64,000 bases of DNA, taken from Gemmatimonadales bacterium. Its GTDB lineage: Bacteria; Gemmatimonadota; Gemmatimonadetes; Gemmatimonadales; GWC2-71-9. Of this stretch, positions 37,602 to 47,636 are shown in pieces. The stretch covers positions 1,088,001-1,152,000 of the forward strand of contig JBBCJC010000005.1 in assembly GCA_037189525.1 (NCBI GenBank), written 5' to 3'. The translations under genes were made by a program, and so were the position numbers. How positions within the stretch are numbered: position 1 is the first letter of the stretch; each line of letters starts with the position of its first letter. The notes beneath the pieces were generated by a model. It was not told where the DNA came from and did not search any database. It was given only the letters and a program-made list of their open reading frames with translations.

Positions 37602-37659
37602 TTGACACGCGCCCTCGTAAGGTGTAGACATTCTTCAGCCTTGCTGTAGACCGCCTACA
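37602..37659 (+). promoter_or_regulatory. Putative promoter with two PadR-type operator boxes
   Basis: TTGACA at 37602; TGTAGACATTCTTCA (37623-37) and palindromic TGTAG-ACCGC-CTACA (37645-59), 22 bp apart, just upstream of the PadR gene. Confidence 0.62.
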
Positions 37660-37677
37660 TCTTTCACACGGTCGCAC

Positions 37678-38034
37678 ATGTCCGGCGGACAATCGCGCAT
37701 CGAGCTGCTCCAGGGAACACTCGACCTCATCATCCTCCAAACGCTCCGGTGGGGACCGCAGCACGGCTTCGGGCTCGCGCAGATGATCCGCGCTCACTCG
37801 AGCGACACGCTGCAGGTGGAGACCGGGTCGCTGTACCCGGCGCTCCATCGTCTCGAGCGCGCCAAGCTCATCGACGCCAAGTGGGACCGGTCCGGGAAGG
37901 GCCAACGCGTGCGCGTCTACCGACTCACCGCCGCCGGCCACAAACGCCTCGCCGCCGAACGCACGAAGTGGGAACGAATGACGCAGGCCATTGCCGGGAT
38001 TCTCAATCCACCGCTCGCGGACGGCGGATCATGA
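37678..38034 (+). CDS. PadR family transcriptional regulator (acidobacterial-type)
   Basis: LLQGTLDLIILQTL..GPQHGFG, VETGSLYPALHRLE, YRLTAAG. Confidence 0.94.
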   Translation: MSGGQSRIELLQGTLDLIILQTLRWGPQHGFGLAQMIRAHSSDTLQVETGSLYPALHRLERAKLIDAKWDRSGKGQRVRVYRLTAAGHKRLAAERTKWERMTQAIAGILNPPLADGGS

Positions 38035-40649
38035 GATGGCCGTGGCAGCGCGCCGCGCGCGAGCGGGAACTCGCCGAGGAACTCCGGTCCCATCTCGAGA
38101 TGGCCACGGCACAGCGCATCGAGCGCGGTGAACCGCCGGCGCTCGCTCGCGCCAATGCGCGGCGCGAGTTCGGCAACGCGACGCACGTCGCCGAAGTGAC
38201 ACGCGACATGTGGGGCGGCGCGTCGTGGGACGCATTCGTTCGCGATGTCCGCCATGCGGCGCGTAGCCTGCGTCGATCGCCAGCATTTACCGCGGTCGCG
38301 GTCGCCACGTTTGCGCTTGGTATCGGCGCCAACACGGCGATGTTCACGGTCGTGAACGGAGCGCTCCTCAAACCGCTGCCGTTCGACGAGCCGGACCGCC
38401 TCGTCCTTCTTTCGCACCTGCCCGAGGAACGTGGCCCGAACGCTATCGCGATGGGCGATCGCACGTTCGCCGAGCTGCGTACATCGCCGTCGCATGCGTT
38501 CGCGTCGCTCGCCAGTTTTGCGCCGAATCAGATGACGCTCACGGGCGTCGGTGACGCGGAGCGACTCAGCACCGCGCAGGCATCGGCGAGTCTGCTGTCC
38601 ACCCTGCGGGTATCGGCGGCCATGGGGCGCACGTTTACGGCGCAGGAGGAAGAAGCCGGTCACGATCACGTCGTCCTCTTGAGCGACTCGTTCTGGCGCG
38701 AGCGATTCGGCGGCGCGCACTCCGTGCTCGGCACGTCGATTGTCCTGGATGGCATGGCCTTCACGGTCATCGGCGTGATGCCGCCGACATTCGACTTTCC
38801 TCATCGCGCGGCGCTCTGGACGCCGCTCCCGGCACGCCCCAATCCAAACATTGGGATTTTCCGACCGGTTGTCGCGAGGCTGTCTCCCGGAGTGTCGCTC
38901 GAGACGGCGCGGCGCGAACTGGAGTCGACACTCGCACGATTACCATCCGTCGCGGACGAGAAACCGGGCACGTACATTACGACCGTTCGTCCACTGGTCG
39001 ACTTACTCGTGGCTCAGGCGAGACCGTCGCTCTGGATCTTCAGCGGCGCCGTGTCCTTCGTCTTATTGATCGCGTGTGCGAACGTGGCAAATCTGCTCCT
39101 CATTCGCGCGTCGACGCGGCGGCATGACATCGGCGTCCGGGCCGCGCTTGGCGCTGGACGAGCGCGCATCATACGTCAGCTCGTGACCGAGAGCGCACTC
39201 GTCGCCTGCATCGGTGGCGCGGCGGGGCTCGTGCTTGCGACGTGGGGCGTCCGCGTCCTCCTCGCGACGGCGCCCGCCGGCCGGATTCCACGCGGTCAGG
39301 ACATCACCGTCGATTGGCGCATGATGGGCGCCGCATTCGGCGTGTCGATCGTCGCGGGTATTTTGTGCGGGATTTTTCCAGCACTCGCGAGTACACGCCG
39401 CGATCCGCGCGAGGCACTCACCGCGGGCGGACGGACGGTCGCCGGGACTCACGACCGGGTGCGGCGCGTGTTCGTGGTTGCACAACTCGCGCTGACGATT
39501 GTGTTGTTGTCGGGCGCTGGATTGTTGCTCAAGAGTTTCGCGCGAATGCGCGCCGTCGATCCGGGATTTCGTACCAGCGACGTCGTGACGTTTGGGGTGA
39601 ACCTGCCACACGCCGCTTTTCCCAACGCTGCGGACATTCGCACGTTTCACACGAGCGTGGTCGATCGCTTGCGGCAGGTGCCCGGCGTGGAGTCGGCGAC
39701 GATGGTGAACTGGGTCCCGCTCGGGCGCGCGCTCATCAGTGGCGATCTGCATATCGAAGGCGGCGCTGCGATGCCAAAGGGCTACGTGGTCGACAAGCTC
39801 GTCACGGCGCCCGGATATTTCAGCACGATGGGCATCCGGCTCTTCGCCGGCCGTGACTTCGACAGCCGCGACCATCAGTCGTCGCTACCCGTGACAATCG
39901 TGAGCCGCTCGGTGGCGCAACGGTTCTGGCCGCCCGATGGACGTGGCGCGCTTGGTCATCGGCTCACCGAGAAAAGAGAGAAGCCACAGCCAAGCGACTG
40001 GCGGACGATCATCGGCATCGTCGACGATATTGCGCAGCAGAGTGTGACGCAGGGCCGCCACGGCGCACAGTATTTTCCTGTGGCGCAAACGGAAGATCTC
40101 GTGTTCATCCGCAACGTCACGTTTGTCGCGCGCACCGCGCGAACCGCGCCGGATCTGACACCGTCGTTGCGCGCGATTGCCCACGAATTGAACCCTGTCG
40201 TGGCGCTGCGGGACATCCGATCGATGGACGATGCCGCCGCCGCATCAATCGGCGATGCGCGCTTCGAGACGCGGCTGCTGGCGACCTTCGCGGCGCTCGC
40301 GTTGTTGCTCGCGGCGGTCGGAACCTATGGTGTCCTCGCGTACGATGTTGCCGCGCGCACCCACGAACTTGGCGTCCGCGTGGCACTCGGCGCGGTGTCG
40401 GGCGACGTCATGCAGGCGGTCTTGCGCCGGACACTGGCGCTCGTGCTTCCGGGATTGGTGCTTGGGCTGATTGGCGCGGTGGCCGTGACACGCGTGCTGC
40501 GGAGTTCACTCTTCGAGGTCACGCCCACCGATCCGGCAACATTGGCGGCAGTCTCCGGTGTGCTGTTGCTGGTTGCGTTGATCGCCAGCCTCGGCCCGAC
40601 GCGTCGAGCAATGCGCGTCGATCCGATGACGACGCTACGGAGTGAGTAG
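38031..40649 (+). CDS. Duplicated MacB/FtsX-type ABC permease (ADOP-like orphan permease)
   Basis: EELRSHLEM..ARREFGN prefix, ALGIGANTAMF, LLIACANVANLLL, VRAALGAGR, second repeat ELGVRVALGA, RRAMRVDPMTTLRSE. Confidence 0.92.
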   Translation: MRWPWQRAARERELAEELRSHLEMATAQRIERGEPPALARANARREFGNATHVAEVTRDMWGGASWDAFVRDVRHAARSLRRSPAFTAVAVATFALGIGANTAMFTVVNGALLKPLPFDEPDRLVLLSHLPEERGPNAIAMGDRTFAELRTSPSHAFASLASFAPNQMTLTGVGDAERLSTAQASASLLSTLRVSAAMGRTFTAQEEEAGHDHVVLLSDSFWRERFGGAHSVLGTSIVLDGMAFTVIGVMPPTFDFPHRAALWTPLPARPNPNIGIFRPVVARLSPGVSLETARRELESTLARLPSVADEKPGTYITTVRPLVDLLVAQARPSLWIFSGAVSFVLLIACANVANLLLIRASTRRHDIGVRAALGAGRARIIRQLVTESALVACIGGAAGLVLATWGVRVLLATAPAGRIPRGQDITVDWRMMGAAFGVSIVAGILCGIFPALASTRRDPREALTAGGRTVAGTHDRVRRVFVVAQLALTIVLLSGAGLLLKSFARMRAVDPGFRTSDVVTFGVNLPHAAFPNAADIRTFHTSVVDRLRQVPGVESATMVNWVPLGRALISGDLHIEGGAAMPKGYVVDKLVTAPGYFSTMGIRLFAGRDFDSRDHQSSLPVTIVSRSVAQRFWPPDGRGALGHRLTEKREKPQPSDWRTIIGIVDDIAQQSVTQGRHGAQYFPVAQTEDLVFIRNVTFVARTARTAPDLTPSLRAIAHELNPVVALRDIRSMDDAAAASIGDARFETRLLATFAALALLLAAVGTYGVLAYDVAARTHELGVRVALGAVSGDVMQAVLRRTLALVLPGLVLGLIGAVAVTRVLRSSLFEVTPTDPATLAAVSGVLLLVALIASLGPTRRAMRVDPMTTLRSE

Positions 40650-40777
40650 CTTCTCCCACTCCCCGGTAGCGAGGAGGTGGAGGAGCTGCCGTTCACGTTC
40701 TGGCGGCCGACGGCGCCACCTGATCGACTAGGAGCTTCACTGTTTCGCGGAAGTCGGATGGCGCCTAACTTTCAGGC

Positions 40778-41995
40778 ATGCCACATCCGACCCTGTCGCA
40801 CTCCGAGGCCGCCGGCCCCAAGTTGCCGATGGCCGACTGCACCCTGTATCAGCTGAGCGACGACCCCTATCCGCATTTGGCACGGCTCCGCGAGCGGGCG
40901 CCGGTGGCATGGTTCCCGGATACCGGCATGTGGCTGGTGACCCGGTACGACGACGTCCTGGCGGTGCTGCGCGATACCGAAACATTCACCACCGACCATC
41001 CGGGTTCGCCGATCCAGGACATCTTCGGGCGCCAGATGCTGAGCATCGACGGCGATCTCCAGAAGCGCTACAAGGCGGCCTGTATCCATCCCTTTGCGAA
41101 GAAGAGCATCAAGGACGGGTTGGATGCGGTGGTGGCCGCCAAGGTCGATCGCCTGCTGCTCTCGTTCGAGTGGCAGGGCCATGCCGACCTTCGGACCGTA
41201 CTGACCGGTCCGCTTTCGGTGTACAGCGTGGCCCGCGTGCTCGGGATTCCGGATGAGTTTCACGGGACGATCTATCACTGGTACGAGCACTTTGCGCGGG
41301 CGCTGGCCAATTTCACGCAGAACGCCGAAGCGCGGATGCGTGGACAGGTTGCCGCCGCCGAGTTCCGGACAGCGATGGGTCCGCTGCTCCGACGCGCGGC
41401 TGCCGAGCCCGACGCCGGGCTCTTCTCGACGCTGGTGCATGCATCCGACCGGCTTCGCGACGACGAAATCCTGTCGAATGCGCTGATCATTCTGTTCGGG
41501 GGCATCGAAACGACCGACTCGATGATGGCCAACGCAGCCTACGCGCTGCTCACCGACCGCGACTCACTGGATCGTCTCCGCGACGAGGCGTCGCTCTGGC
41601 CCAACGCGATCGAGGAGAGCCTGCGCTGGGAGCCTGCGGTGCAGAGCTGCACCCGCTTTGCCACCCGTGACGCGGAGATTGCGGGGATTCGAATTCCGGC
41701 CGGGGAAACCGTCCAGTGCATGATCGGCGGCGCCAATCGCGACCCGGCCAAGTTTCCCGAACCGGACCGGTTCGACATCGGGCGCGCCAATGCCGATCAG
41801 CATCTCTCGTTCGGAATCGGGCGGCATCTGTGCCTGGGAGCCCACCTGGCACGCGCCGAGGCGATGGCGGTGGTGCCGACGATCTTCGAGCGGCTCCGCG
41901 AGTTACGCCTCGATGCGGAACACCCGGCCCGACCGACCGGATACGAGTTCCGGCGGCCGAGCCATCTGCAAGTGCGTTGGACCGTTACTGGTTGA
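40778..41995 (+). CDS. Cytochrome P450
   Basis: I-helix FGGIETT, EESLR (ExxR), ANRDP, heme motif FGIGRHLCLG. Confidence 0.95.
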   Translation: MPHPTLSHSEAAGPKLPMADCTLYQLSDDPYPHLARLRERAPVAWFPDTGMWLVTRYDDVLAVLRDTETFTTDHPGSPIQDIFGRQMLSIDGDLQKRYKAACIHPFAKKSIKDGLDAVVAAKVDRLLLSFEWQGHADLRTVLTGPLSVYSVARVLGIPDEFHGTIYHWYEHFARALANFTQNAEARMRGQVAAAEFRTAMGPLLRRAAAEPDAGLFSTLVHASDRLRDDEILSNALIILFGGIETTDSMMANAAYALLTDRDSLDRLRDEASLWPNAIEESLRWEPAVQSCTRFATRDAEIAGIRIPAGETVQCMIGGANRDPAKFPEPDRFDIGRANADQHLSFGIGRHLCLGAHLARAEAMAVVPTIFERLRELRLDAEHPARPTGYEFRRPSHLQVRWTVTG

Positions 41996-43103
41996 TGACG
42001 GGGATCGCCTGCGTCGACGCGCGGGCCTCCGCTTCGACGGCCGTCGCGACGGACCGGAGCGCCTGCGCTGCGGGGCTGTCGGGCAGCGAAACCACGATGG
42101 GCCGGCCCTGATCCGCCTGGTCCGCAAGACCGGGCTGCAGCGGGATTTCGCCGAGGAGCGGGACGCCCACCTCGTCGGCCAGACGCTGACCGCCACCAGA
42201 TGAAAAGAGGGCGAAACGCTGCCCCGTGGCCGGGTCGACAAACGCGCTCATGTTCTCGACGACGCCGTAGACCGGGACATTGACCTTCTCGAACATCTTG
42301 GCGCCGCGCAGCGCGTCGCCCACCGCCATTTCCTGTGGCGTCGTCACGATGACCGCGCCGGACACCTGGACCGATTGGACTAGCGACAGCTGCGCATCAC
42401 CGGTGCCGGGCGGCATGTCGACCACGAAGTAGTCGAGCTCACCCCACGCGACGTCCCGCAGGAACTGCTGGATCACCTTCATGATGATCGGACCACGCCA
42501 GATGGCGGGGGCGTCCCGGTCGACCAGAAATCCGATCGACATCAGCTTGACGCCGTGCGCTTCGAGCGGCTGAATCCGCCCGTCCCGAACCGGCGGACGC
42601 TCGAAGAGCCCGAACATCCGGGGAATGTTGGGTCCGTAGATGTCGGCGTCCATGATGCCGACCCGCTTGCCGGACTGGGCCAGCGCCACCGCCAGGTTGG
42701 CAGCAACGGTGGACTTGCCGACGCCCCCTTTCCCCGACGAGACGGCAATCACCCGACCCAGGTGCGGAAACTCGACCGGAGCCGGCGGCGCCGGCATGCC
42801 GGTCGATTGCGGCGCGGTGTTTCCCGGCGCGGCATGCGTCGTCGGGGTCGGACCAGCCGGGTCCGCAACCGTGATTTTGACTTCGGTGACGCCGGGAATG
42901 GCCTTGAGCGCCGCGCGCGCCTCACGAACCAGCGTGGCGGGATCGGAGCGACTCAACAGAAAGGTGAAGGTCACCCGACCGTCCTGTTGAACAATCAGGT
43001 CCCGCACCATACCCGCCGAAATCAGGTCACTCTCGAGACGGGGGTTGATGATCCGGGAAAGGGCGGCTCCGACCAGCGCTTCAATGGACTCCGACACGAA
43101 CAC
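41985..43103 (-). CDS. mrp: Mrp/NBP35 (ApbC) iron-sulfur cluster carrier ATPase
   Basis: SGKGGVGKST, DADIYGPNIP, WRGP, DMPPGTGDAQL, VTTPQ, ENMS. Confidence 0.94.
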   Translation of the reverse strand: MFVSESIEALVGAALSRIINPRLESDLISAGMVRDLIVQQDGRVTFTFLLSRSDPATLVREARAALKAIPGVTEVKITVADPAGPTPTTHAAPGNTAPQSTGMPAPPAPVEFPHLGRVIAVSSGKGGVGKSTVAANLAVALAQSGKRVGIMDADIYGPNIPRMFGLFERPPVRDGRIQPLEAHGVKLMSIGFLVDRDAPAIWRGPIIMKVIQQFLRDVAWGELDYFVVDMPPGTGDAQLSLVQSVQVSGAVIVTTPQEMAVGDALRGAKMFEKVNVPVYGVVENMSAFVDPATGQRFALFSSGGGQRLADEVGVPLLGEIPLQPGLADQADQGRPIVVSLPDSPAAQALRSVATAVEAEARASTQAIPVINQ

Positions 43104-43198
43104 CTCGACCGAGAAACCGTAGGGACCCGTTTCACACCCCGATCGCGGGAGCGACCGGACGGGGAGAGCTACTCGGCAATATAAGCCATGCGGCGGGG

Positions 43199-43429
43199 TT
43201 AAACGGCCTGCACGACCTTCACTTCGGGGACGAACTCCCTGAGCCGGACTTCGATGCCCTGGCGGAGCGTAATGGTGGAGGCAGCGCAGCCATGGCAGGT
43301 TCCGCCGAGGCGCAACGTCAGCACACCATCATCGTCATCGAAATCGACGACCTCCACCGAGCCCCGATGCGAGGCGATGTAGGGGCGAAGGGAGTCCAGG
43401 GTTTGTTCGATTCGCGTCAGTATATCCAT
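43199..43429 (-). CDS. NifU-like (Nfu) domain protein
   Basis: LRPYIASHRGSVE...LGGTCHGCAAS..TL..GIE (CxxC). Confidence 0.9.
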   Translation of the reverse strand: MDILTRIEQTLDSLRPYIASHRGSVEVVDFDDDDGVLTLRLGGTCHGCAASTITLRQGIEVRLREFVPEVKVVQAV

Positions 43430-43543
43430 AGCACTGCCAGCCGGTTGATCGATCGGGAATACCCGACTCGGAATATACAACGAACCGGGCCCGGGCCCCC
43501 TCGTCGATCCGCGTCGCGTCCTTCCCGACAGAGCAGCGGTTGG

Positions 43544-44314
43544 CTATCCCAGCACCGCGCGAATGACGAAGATTGCAAAGGCGATGTTGGTCGCCAGATG
43601 GCCGACGATGCCGGGCCAGGTGCTTCCGGTCCGCTGCGCCACATACGCGAGCGGAACCGTAATCGGCAGGTAGGCGACGATGCCGCCCAGCGTGGTGTGA
43701 TAGAAGATGTGAAAGAGGTCCCACAGCACGCCGTTGACCAGCCAGGCCCATTTGCCAAACGCCAGTTCCTGACGCGGCAGGATGATCCCGCGCCACCAGA
43801 GTTCCTCCCCTCCGATGTTGAACACGACGAGCCCGATGATGAGCCAGAGGCCCACCAGCCAGCGACCTTCGAGCGAGGACCCGCTCAGGACACCGCGCTG
43901 CATGTCGCCCATGAAGGCGGTGAATTCCGGCGGGGCCGTGTAGAGGCGGACGGCGTTGAGCGGCTCAGCCAGCGCACCGAGCAGGGATGCCCCCGCCAGC
44001 GACACCGCCACCAGCGCGATCGTCCAGAGCCAATCGCGTCCGGTGGGTTTCCGGAGCCGCATCCGGTCCCGAAAGGCCTCCCAGGTCCAGGGACGTCCTT
44101 CGAGCCGATAGGCCACCAGCGCCGCGACCAGCATCAGCGCGAGAGGGGCCGCAAAGGTGGCGCTGAAGACCACCACCCCGTCGTAGCCCTGCCGAACCAT
44201 CCAGGGCAGCAAGCCAAGCAGACTCGCCGAGAACAGGGCGGCGGGAATCCCGAAATACAACAGCGATCCGACCAGGCCGATGGGGCGCAACGGGCGGGCG
44301 ACGGGACTGGACAT
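43544..44314 (-). CDS. CPBP family intramembrane metalloprotease (CAAX/Abi)
   Basis: GEELWWRG, FH, 'GSTWPGIVGHLATN'; multiple TM helices; GGAGG RBS before ATG 44314. Confidence 0.88.
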   Translation of the reverse strand: MSSPVARPLRPIGLVGSLLYFGIPAALFSASLLGLLPWMVRQGYDGVVVFSATFAAPLALMLVAALVAYRLEGRPWTWEAFRDRMRLRKPTGRDWLWTIALVAVSLAGASLLGALAEPLNAVRLYTAPPEFTAFMGDMQRGVLSGSSLEGRWLVGLWLIIGLVVFNIGGEELWWRGIILPRQELAFGKWAWLVNGVLWDLFHIFYHTTLGGIVAYLPITVPLAYVAQRTGSTWPGIVGHLATNIAFAIFVIRAVLG

Positions 44315-44401
44315 CCAGGCCTCCGACGAGGTGAACGGCATGCTGCGACGGTGAAATGGCCCTGAGCCCTCGGGCGACAACCGCTCCGACCTGCTCGTCC
44401 G

Positions 44402-47170
44402 TCAGACCTGCCTGAGTGCTTTGACGGGATCGACGCTGCCGGCGCGTCGTGCCGGAACGAACGCGGCGAGGCCCGTGACCCCGAGCAATACCACAGGGAC
44501 CAGCAGCAGCGTCACCGGATCGAGAGCGCGAACTCCATATAATGTACTCTCGACCAGGCGTCCGAACCCGAGCCCGACGACCAACCCGATACCGATGCCG
44601 ATCAGGGCTAGGCGGACTCCACCCCACATCAGCATCCGGATCACGGCGCCGCGATCCGCACCGAGCGAGAGACGGATGCCGACCTCCCGGACCCGCTGCG
44701 AGACCGAATAGCTGACCGAACCGTAGAGGCCGAGTGATGCCATGATCAACGCCAGCAGGGCAAAGCCGGCCAATGCGCCCGCGCCAAGCTGGACCGGGAG
44801 GGCGGTCACATCGAGGTGCTCTCGCATGGTCCGCTGCTCCATGATCAGGACGTTGGGGTCGACCTGACGAATGGCACGCACCGCCGCGCGCAGCAGCGCG
44901 CGCGCGTCTCCCGGCGCGGACACGACGAACCAACCCTCGGAAAACTCGTTCGTCGTGCCGAGCACATCGTAGGCAAACGGTCTGGGCGCTTCGGCCAAAT
45001 CGCGGATCTTGGCGTTGGCGACGATACCGACGACCTGGATTTCCCGTCCCTGGACCCGGTAATGCCTACCTATCGGATCGACTCCCGGCCAGTACCGAGC
45101 GGCGAAGGCCTCGTTGACCAACGCGACGGGTGGAGCGTCGGGCAGCAGATCGGTCGCGGTCAGGTTACGGCCGGCCGTGATGCGCAGGCCCGCCGCGCGC
45201 ACATAGCCGGTATCGATCCCCATCCGATCGAGGGCAAATCCGACCTCTCCCGGAGGCGGTTCGACGCCGTCGACGGTGATGGTGGCCATGTTCCGGTTGA
45301 GCACATTGAGGTGGACATTCTGGCCGAGTCCGACCGCGGTCACACCGGGAAGCTCTCGAACAGCCTCATGCATCCGAGCGAGCGATTGCCGGATCTGTTC
45401 CGGGGTACTACTTCCGCCGAACATGACCCAGACGAGCGCGGTGGGGTCTTTGCCGAACCCGACGTCCACGTTCCGGAGCGCACTCAGGCTCCGGACAAAC
45501 AGCCCTGCCACCAGGAGCAACACGACGGACACCGCCACCTGCGCAGTCACCAGCATGTTTCGGAGCCCGCTCTTCTGCCGTCCGCCGCCCGCGCTCTCCT
45601 CGCGAATGACACCGGCCAGATCGACGCGGGTTGCCTGCAGAGCCGGCGCGAGCCCGGCCAGGAGGCCGGCGACGATCGAGACGACCGTCGTGAAGGCCAG
45701 CACCCGCCAGTCGAGCGGCAGATCGAGCGTGACGGGCGCCGGGAGCGGCAAGTCGGCCGCCAACACGGCGCGCAGCGACAATCGGCCGACGATGACGCCC
45801 AGGACCCCGCCCAGCACGCCCAGCAGCATGGTTTCGATGAGCAGCTGCCGCACCAGTTGGCCGCGAGTCGCACCAAGGCTCAACCGGACGCCGATTTCCT
45901 TCCGGCGATCGATGGCGCGCGCCAACAGGAACCCCGCCAGGTTGGCACAGGCAATCACCAGGACGAGGCCGACGACAACCATCAGGACCGTGATCAACGG
46001 CCGGAGCATGTTATCGACCGGCGGATAGAAGATCACATCCGCAGCGGGAATGATCGTGAAGCCCGTCTTGCCTTCCCACGATTCGAGCCGCTGTTCCCGA
46101 AGACTGGCGGCCAGGCCACGGGTCGCCACCTCCGCTTCAGGGATCGATCCGCCGCTCCGCAGGCGGGCCCGAACGAAGATCGAGTTATTGGCCCGATCGG
46201 TCGCTTCGTTCCGGCTGCCCGGCGTCAGGTCGACGGTCCTGGTCAACGGGATGTAGACATCGGTCGAGATGCCGCGGAGGCTCCCTTCGAAGGCCGGGGT
46301 TGCCACACCGATCACGGTGTAGTCGCCGGCCGTCAGCGAGAGCGTGCGGCCGATGACGGACGGGTCCGCGCCGAAGACCCGGCGCCAGTACCGGTCGCTC
46401 AGCACGGCTACCGACCCGACACCCGGCGCGGGGGCATCGGCGGCCTGGATCATCCGGCCCCGTTCCGCCCGAATGCCCAGGATCGAAAAGAAGTTGCCCG
46501 ACACGAGCTGCAAGGTGATCCGTTCGGGCTGTTCCTGGCCGACGACCGACGCGTAGGCCATGCGGAAGCCTCCAACCCCCTCGAACGCATCGAGACGATT
46601 CAGGTCTTCCAGATCGGGATAGGAGACGGGAAGGAAGTCATTCTCCGCATCGGTCCGATAGATCTCGACGACTTCCTCGGGCCGTTCGATCGGCGGCTTC
46701 CGGAAGATCACGTCATTGACCAGAGTGAAGACGGCCGCGTTGGCTCCGATACCTAACGCCAGCGACAGGACCGCGATCATCGTGAATGCCGGCCGAGCGG
46801 CGAGGCGTCTGACGGCATAGCGCAGATCCCGTAGGGCCTGCTGAGCCCAGCTGTCGCTCGGCCCCGACCCGCCTAACGGTTCCGGCGTGACGGTTCGTTT
46901 GGCCCGACCGATCAGGTCGGCCGTCTGCTTGCCGTCGCCGAAGGTCGCCAGCAGTTCTTCGGGCGTCCGCCCCGCGGCGAGGCCGTCTTCGAAGTGCGCC
47001 ACCAATTCCCGGAATACCTCTTCCCGGCGATCGTCCGGCAACCGGCTTTCGACGATGACCTCCGCCACCCGCGCAGCAAGGACCTGCGGGAGGCCCGCCG
47101 CGCAGGCCAGGCGTTCGACGCTCAAGCGGTCGAGGCGACCGGAAAGGCCTTCTCCTCCATTGCGACCCAT
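44402..47170 (-). CDS. Duplicated MacB/FtsX-type ABC permease (ADOP-like)
   Basis: DLRYAVRRL, LALGIGANAAVF, LVIACANLAGFLL, EIGVRLSLGA twice, PARRAGSVDPVKALR. Confidence 0.92.
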   Translation of the reverse strand: MGRNGGEGLSGRLDRLSVERLACAAGLPQVLAARVAEVIVESRLPDDRREEVFRELVAHFEDGLAAGRTPEELLATFGDGKQTADLIGRAKRTVTPEPLGGSGPSDSWAQQALRDLRYAVRRLAARPAFTMIAVLSLALGIGANAAVFTLVNDVIFRKPPIERPEEVVEIYRTDAENDFLPVSYPDLEDLNRLDAFEGVGGFRMAYASVVGQEQPERITLQLVSGNFFSILGIRAERGRMIQAADAPAPGVGSVAVLSDRYWRRVFGADPSVIGRTLSLTAGDYTVIGVATPAFEGSLRGISTDVYIPLTRTVDLTPGSRNEATDRANNSIFVRARLRSGGSIPEAEVATRGLAASLREQRLESWEGKTGFTIIPAADVIFYPPVDNMLRPLITVLMVVVGLVLVIACANLAGFLLARAIDRRKEIGVRLSLGATRGQLVRQLLIETMLLGVLGGVLGVIVGRLSLRAVLAADLPLPAPVTLDLPLDWRVLAFTTVVSIVAGLLAGLAPALQATRVDLAGVIREESAGGGRQKSGLRNMLVTAQVAVSVVLLLVAGLFVRSLSALRNVDVGFGKDPTALVWVMFGGSSTPEQIRQSLARMHEAVRELPGVTAVGLGQNVHLNVLNRNMATITVDGVEPPPGEVGFALDRMGIDTGYVRAAGLRITAGRNLTATDLLPDAPPVALVNEAFAARYWPGVDPIGRHYRVQGREIQVVGIVANAKIRDLAEAPRPFAYDVLGTTNEFSEGWFVVSAPGDARALLRAAVRAIRQVDPNVLIMEQRTMREHLDVTALPVQLGAGALAGFALLALIMASLGLYGSVSYSVSQRVREVGIRLSLGADRGAVIRMLMWGGVRLALIGIGIGLVVGLGFGRLVESTLYGVRALDPVTLLLVPVVLLGVTGLAAFVPARRAGSVDPVKALRQV

Positions 47171-47172
47171 GA

Positions 47173-47520
47173 TCAGGCCTCCGCGCGATCCGGTGTGACC
47201 AGGCCAAGGCTGACCATGGCTTCGAACAACTCCTGCCACCGGGCCCGGTGGTCATCCAGCATGGCCAGACCGGCCTCGGTGATCTGGTAGTACCGCCGCT
47301 TTCGCCCCGACGGTAACTCGACCCATCGGCTGAGCACCAGATGCTTCGCTTCGAGATTGTAGAGTAGCGGGTACAGGGTGGACTGCCCCATGGCCAGGAC
47401 GCCGTCCGAGCGCGCCGAGAGGGCCTCGACGAGTTCGTACCCGTACCGATCCCGATGTTTGAGCAACTGGAGCACGGCCGCCGGCCCCGCTCCCCGAATC
47501 AGTTCCCGACGCAGTTCCAC
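47173..47520 (-). CDS. PadR family transcriptional regulator
   Basis: YGYELV, STLYPLLYNLE, GRKRRYYQITEAG; GGGAG RBS before GTG 47520. Confidence 0.92.
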   Translation of the reverse strand: MELRRELIRGAGPAAVLQLLKHRDRYGYELVEALSARSDGVLAMGQSTLYPLLYNLEAKHLVLSRWVELPSGRKRRYYQITEAGLAMLDDHRARWQELFEAMVSLGLVTPDRAEA

Positions 47521-47636
47521 ATTGTCTCCCTGAATGCCTCGGCCAACATAGTAGCATGCGGGAAACAAAACGTCAACAAATGAAACAGCCGGCTCGATTT
47601 TCGAACCGGCTGTCAGTCCTGCCTAGAACGGGGTGG

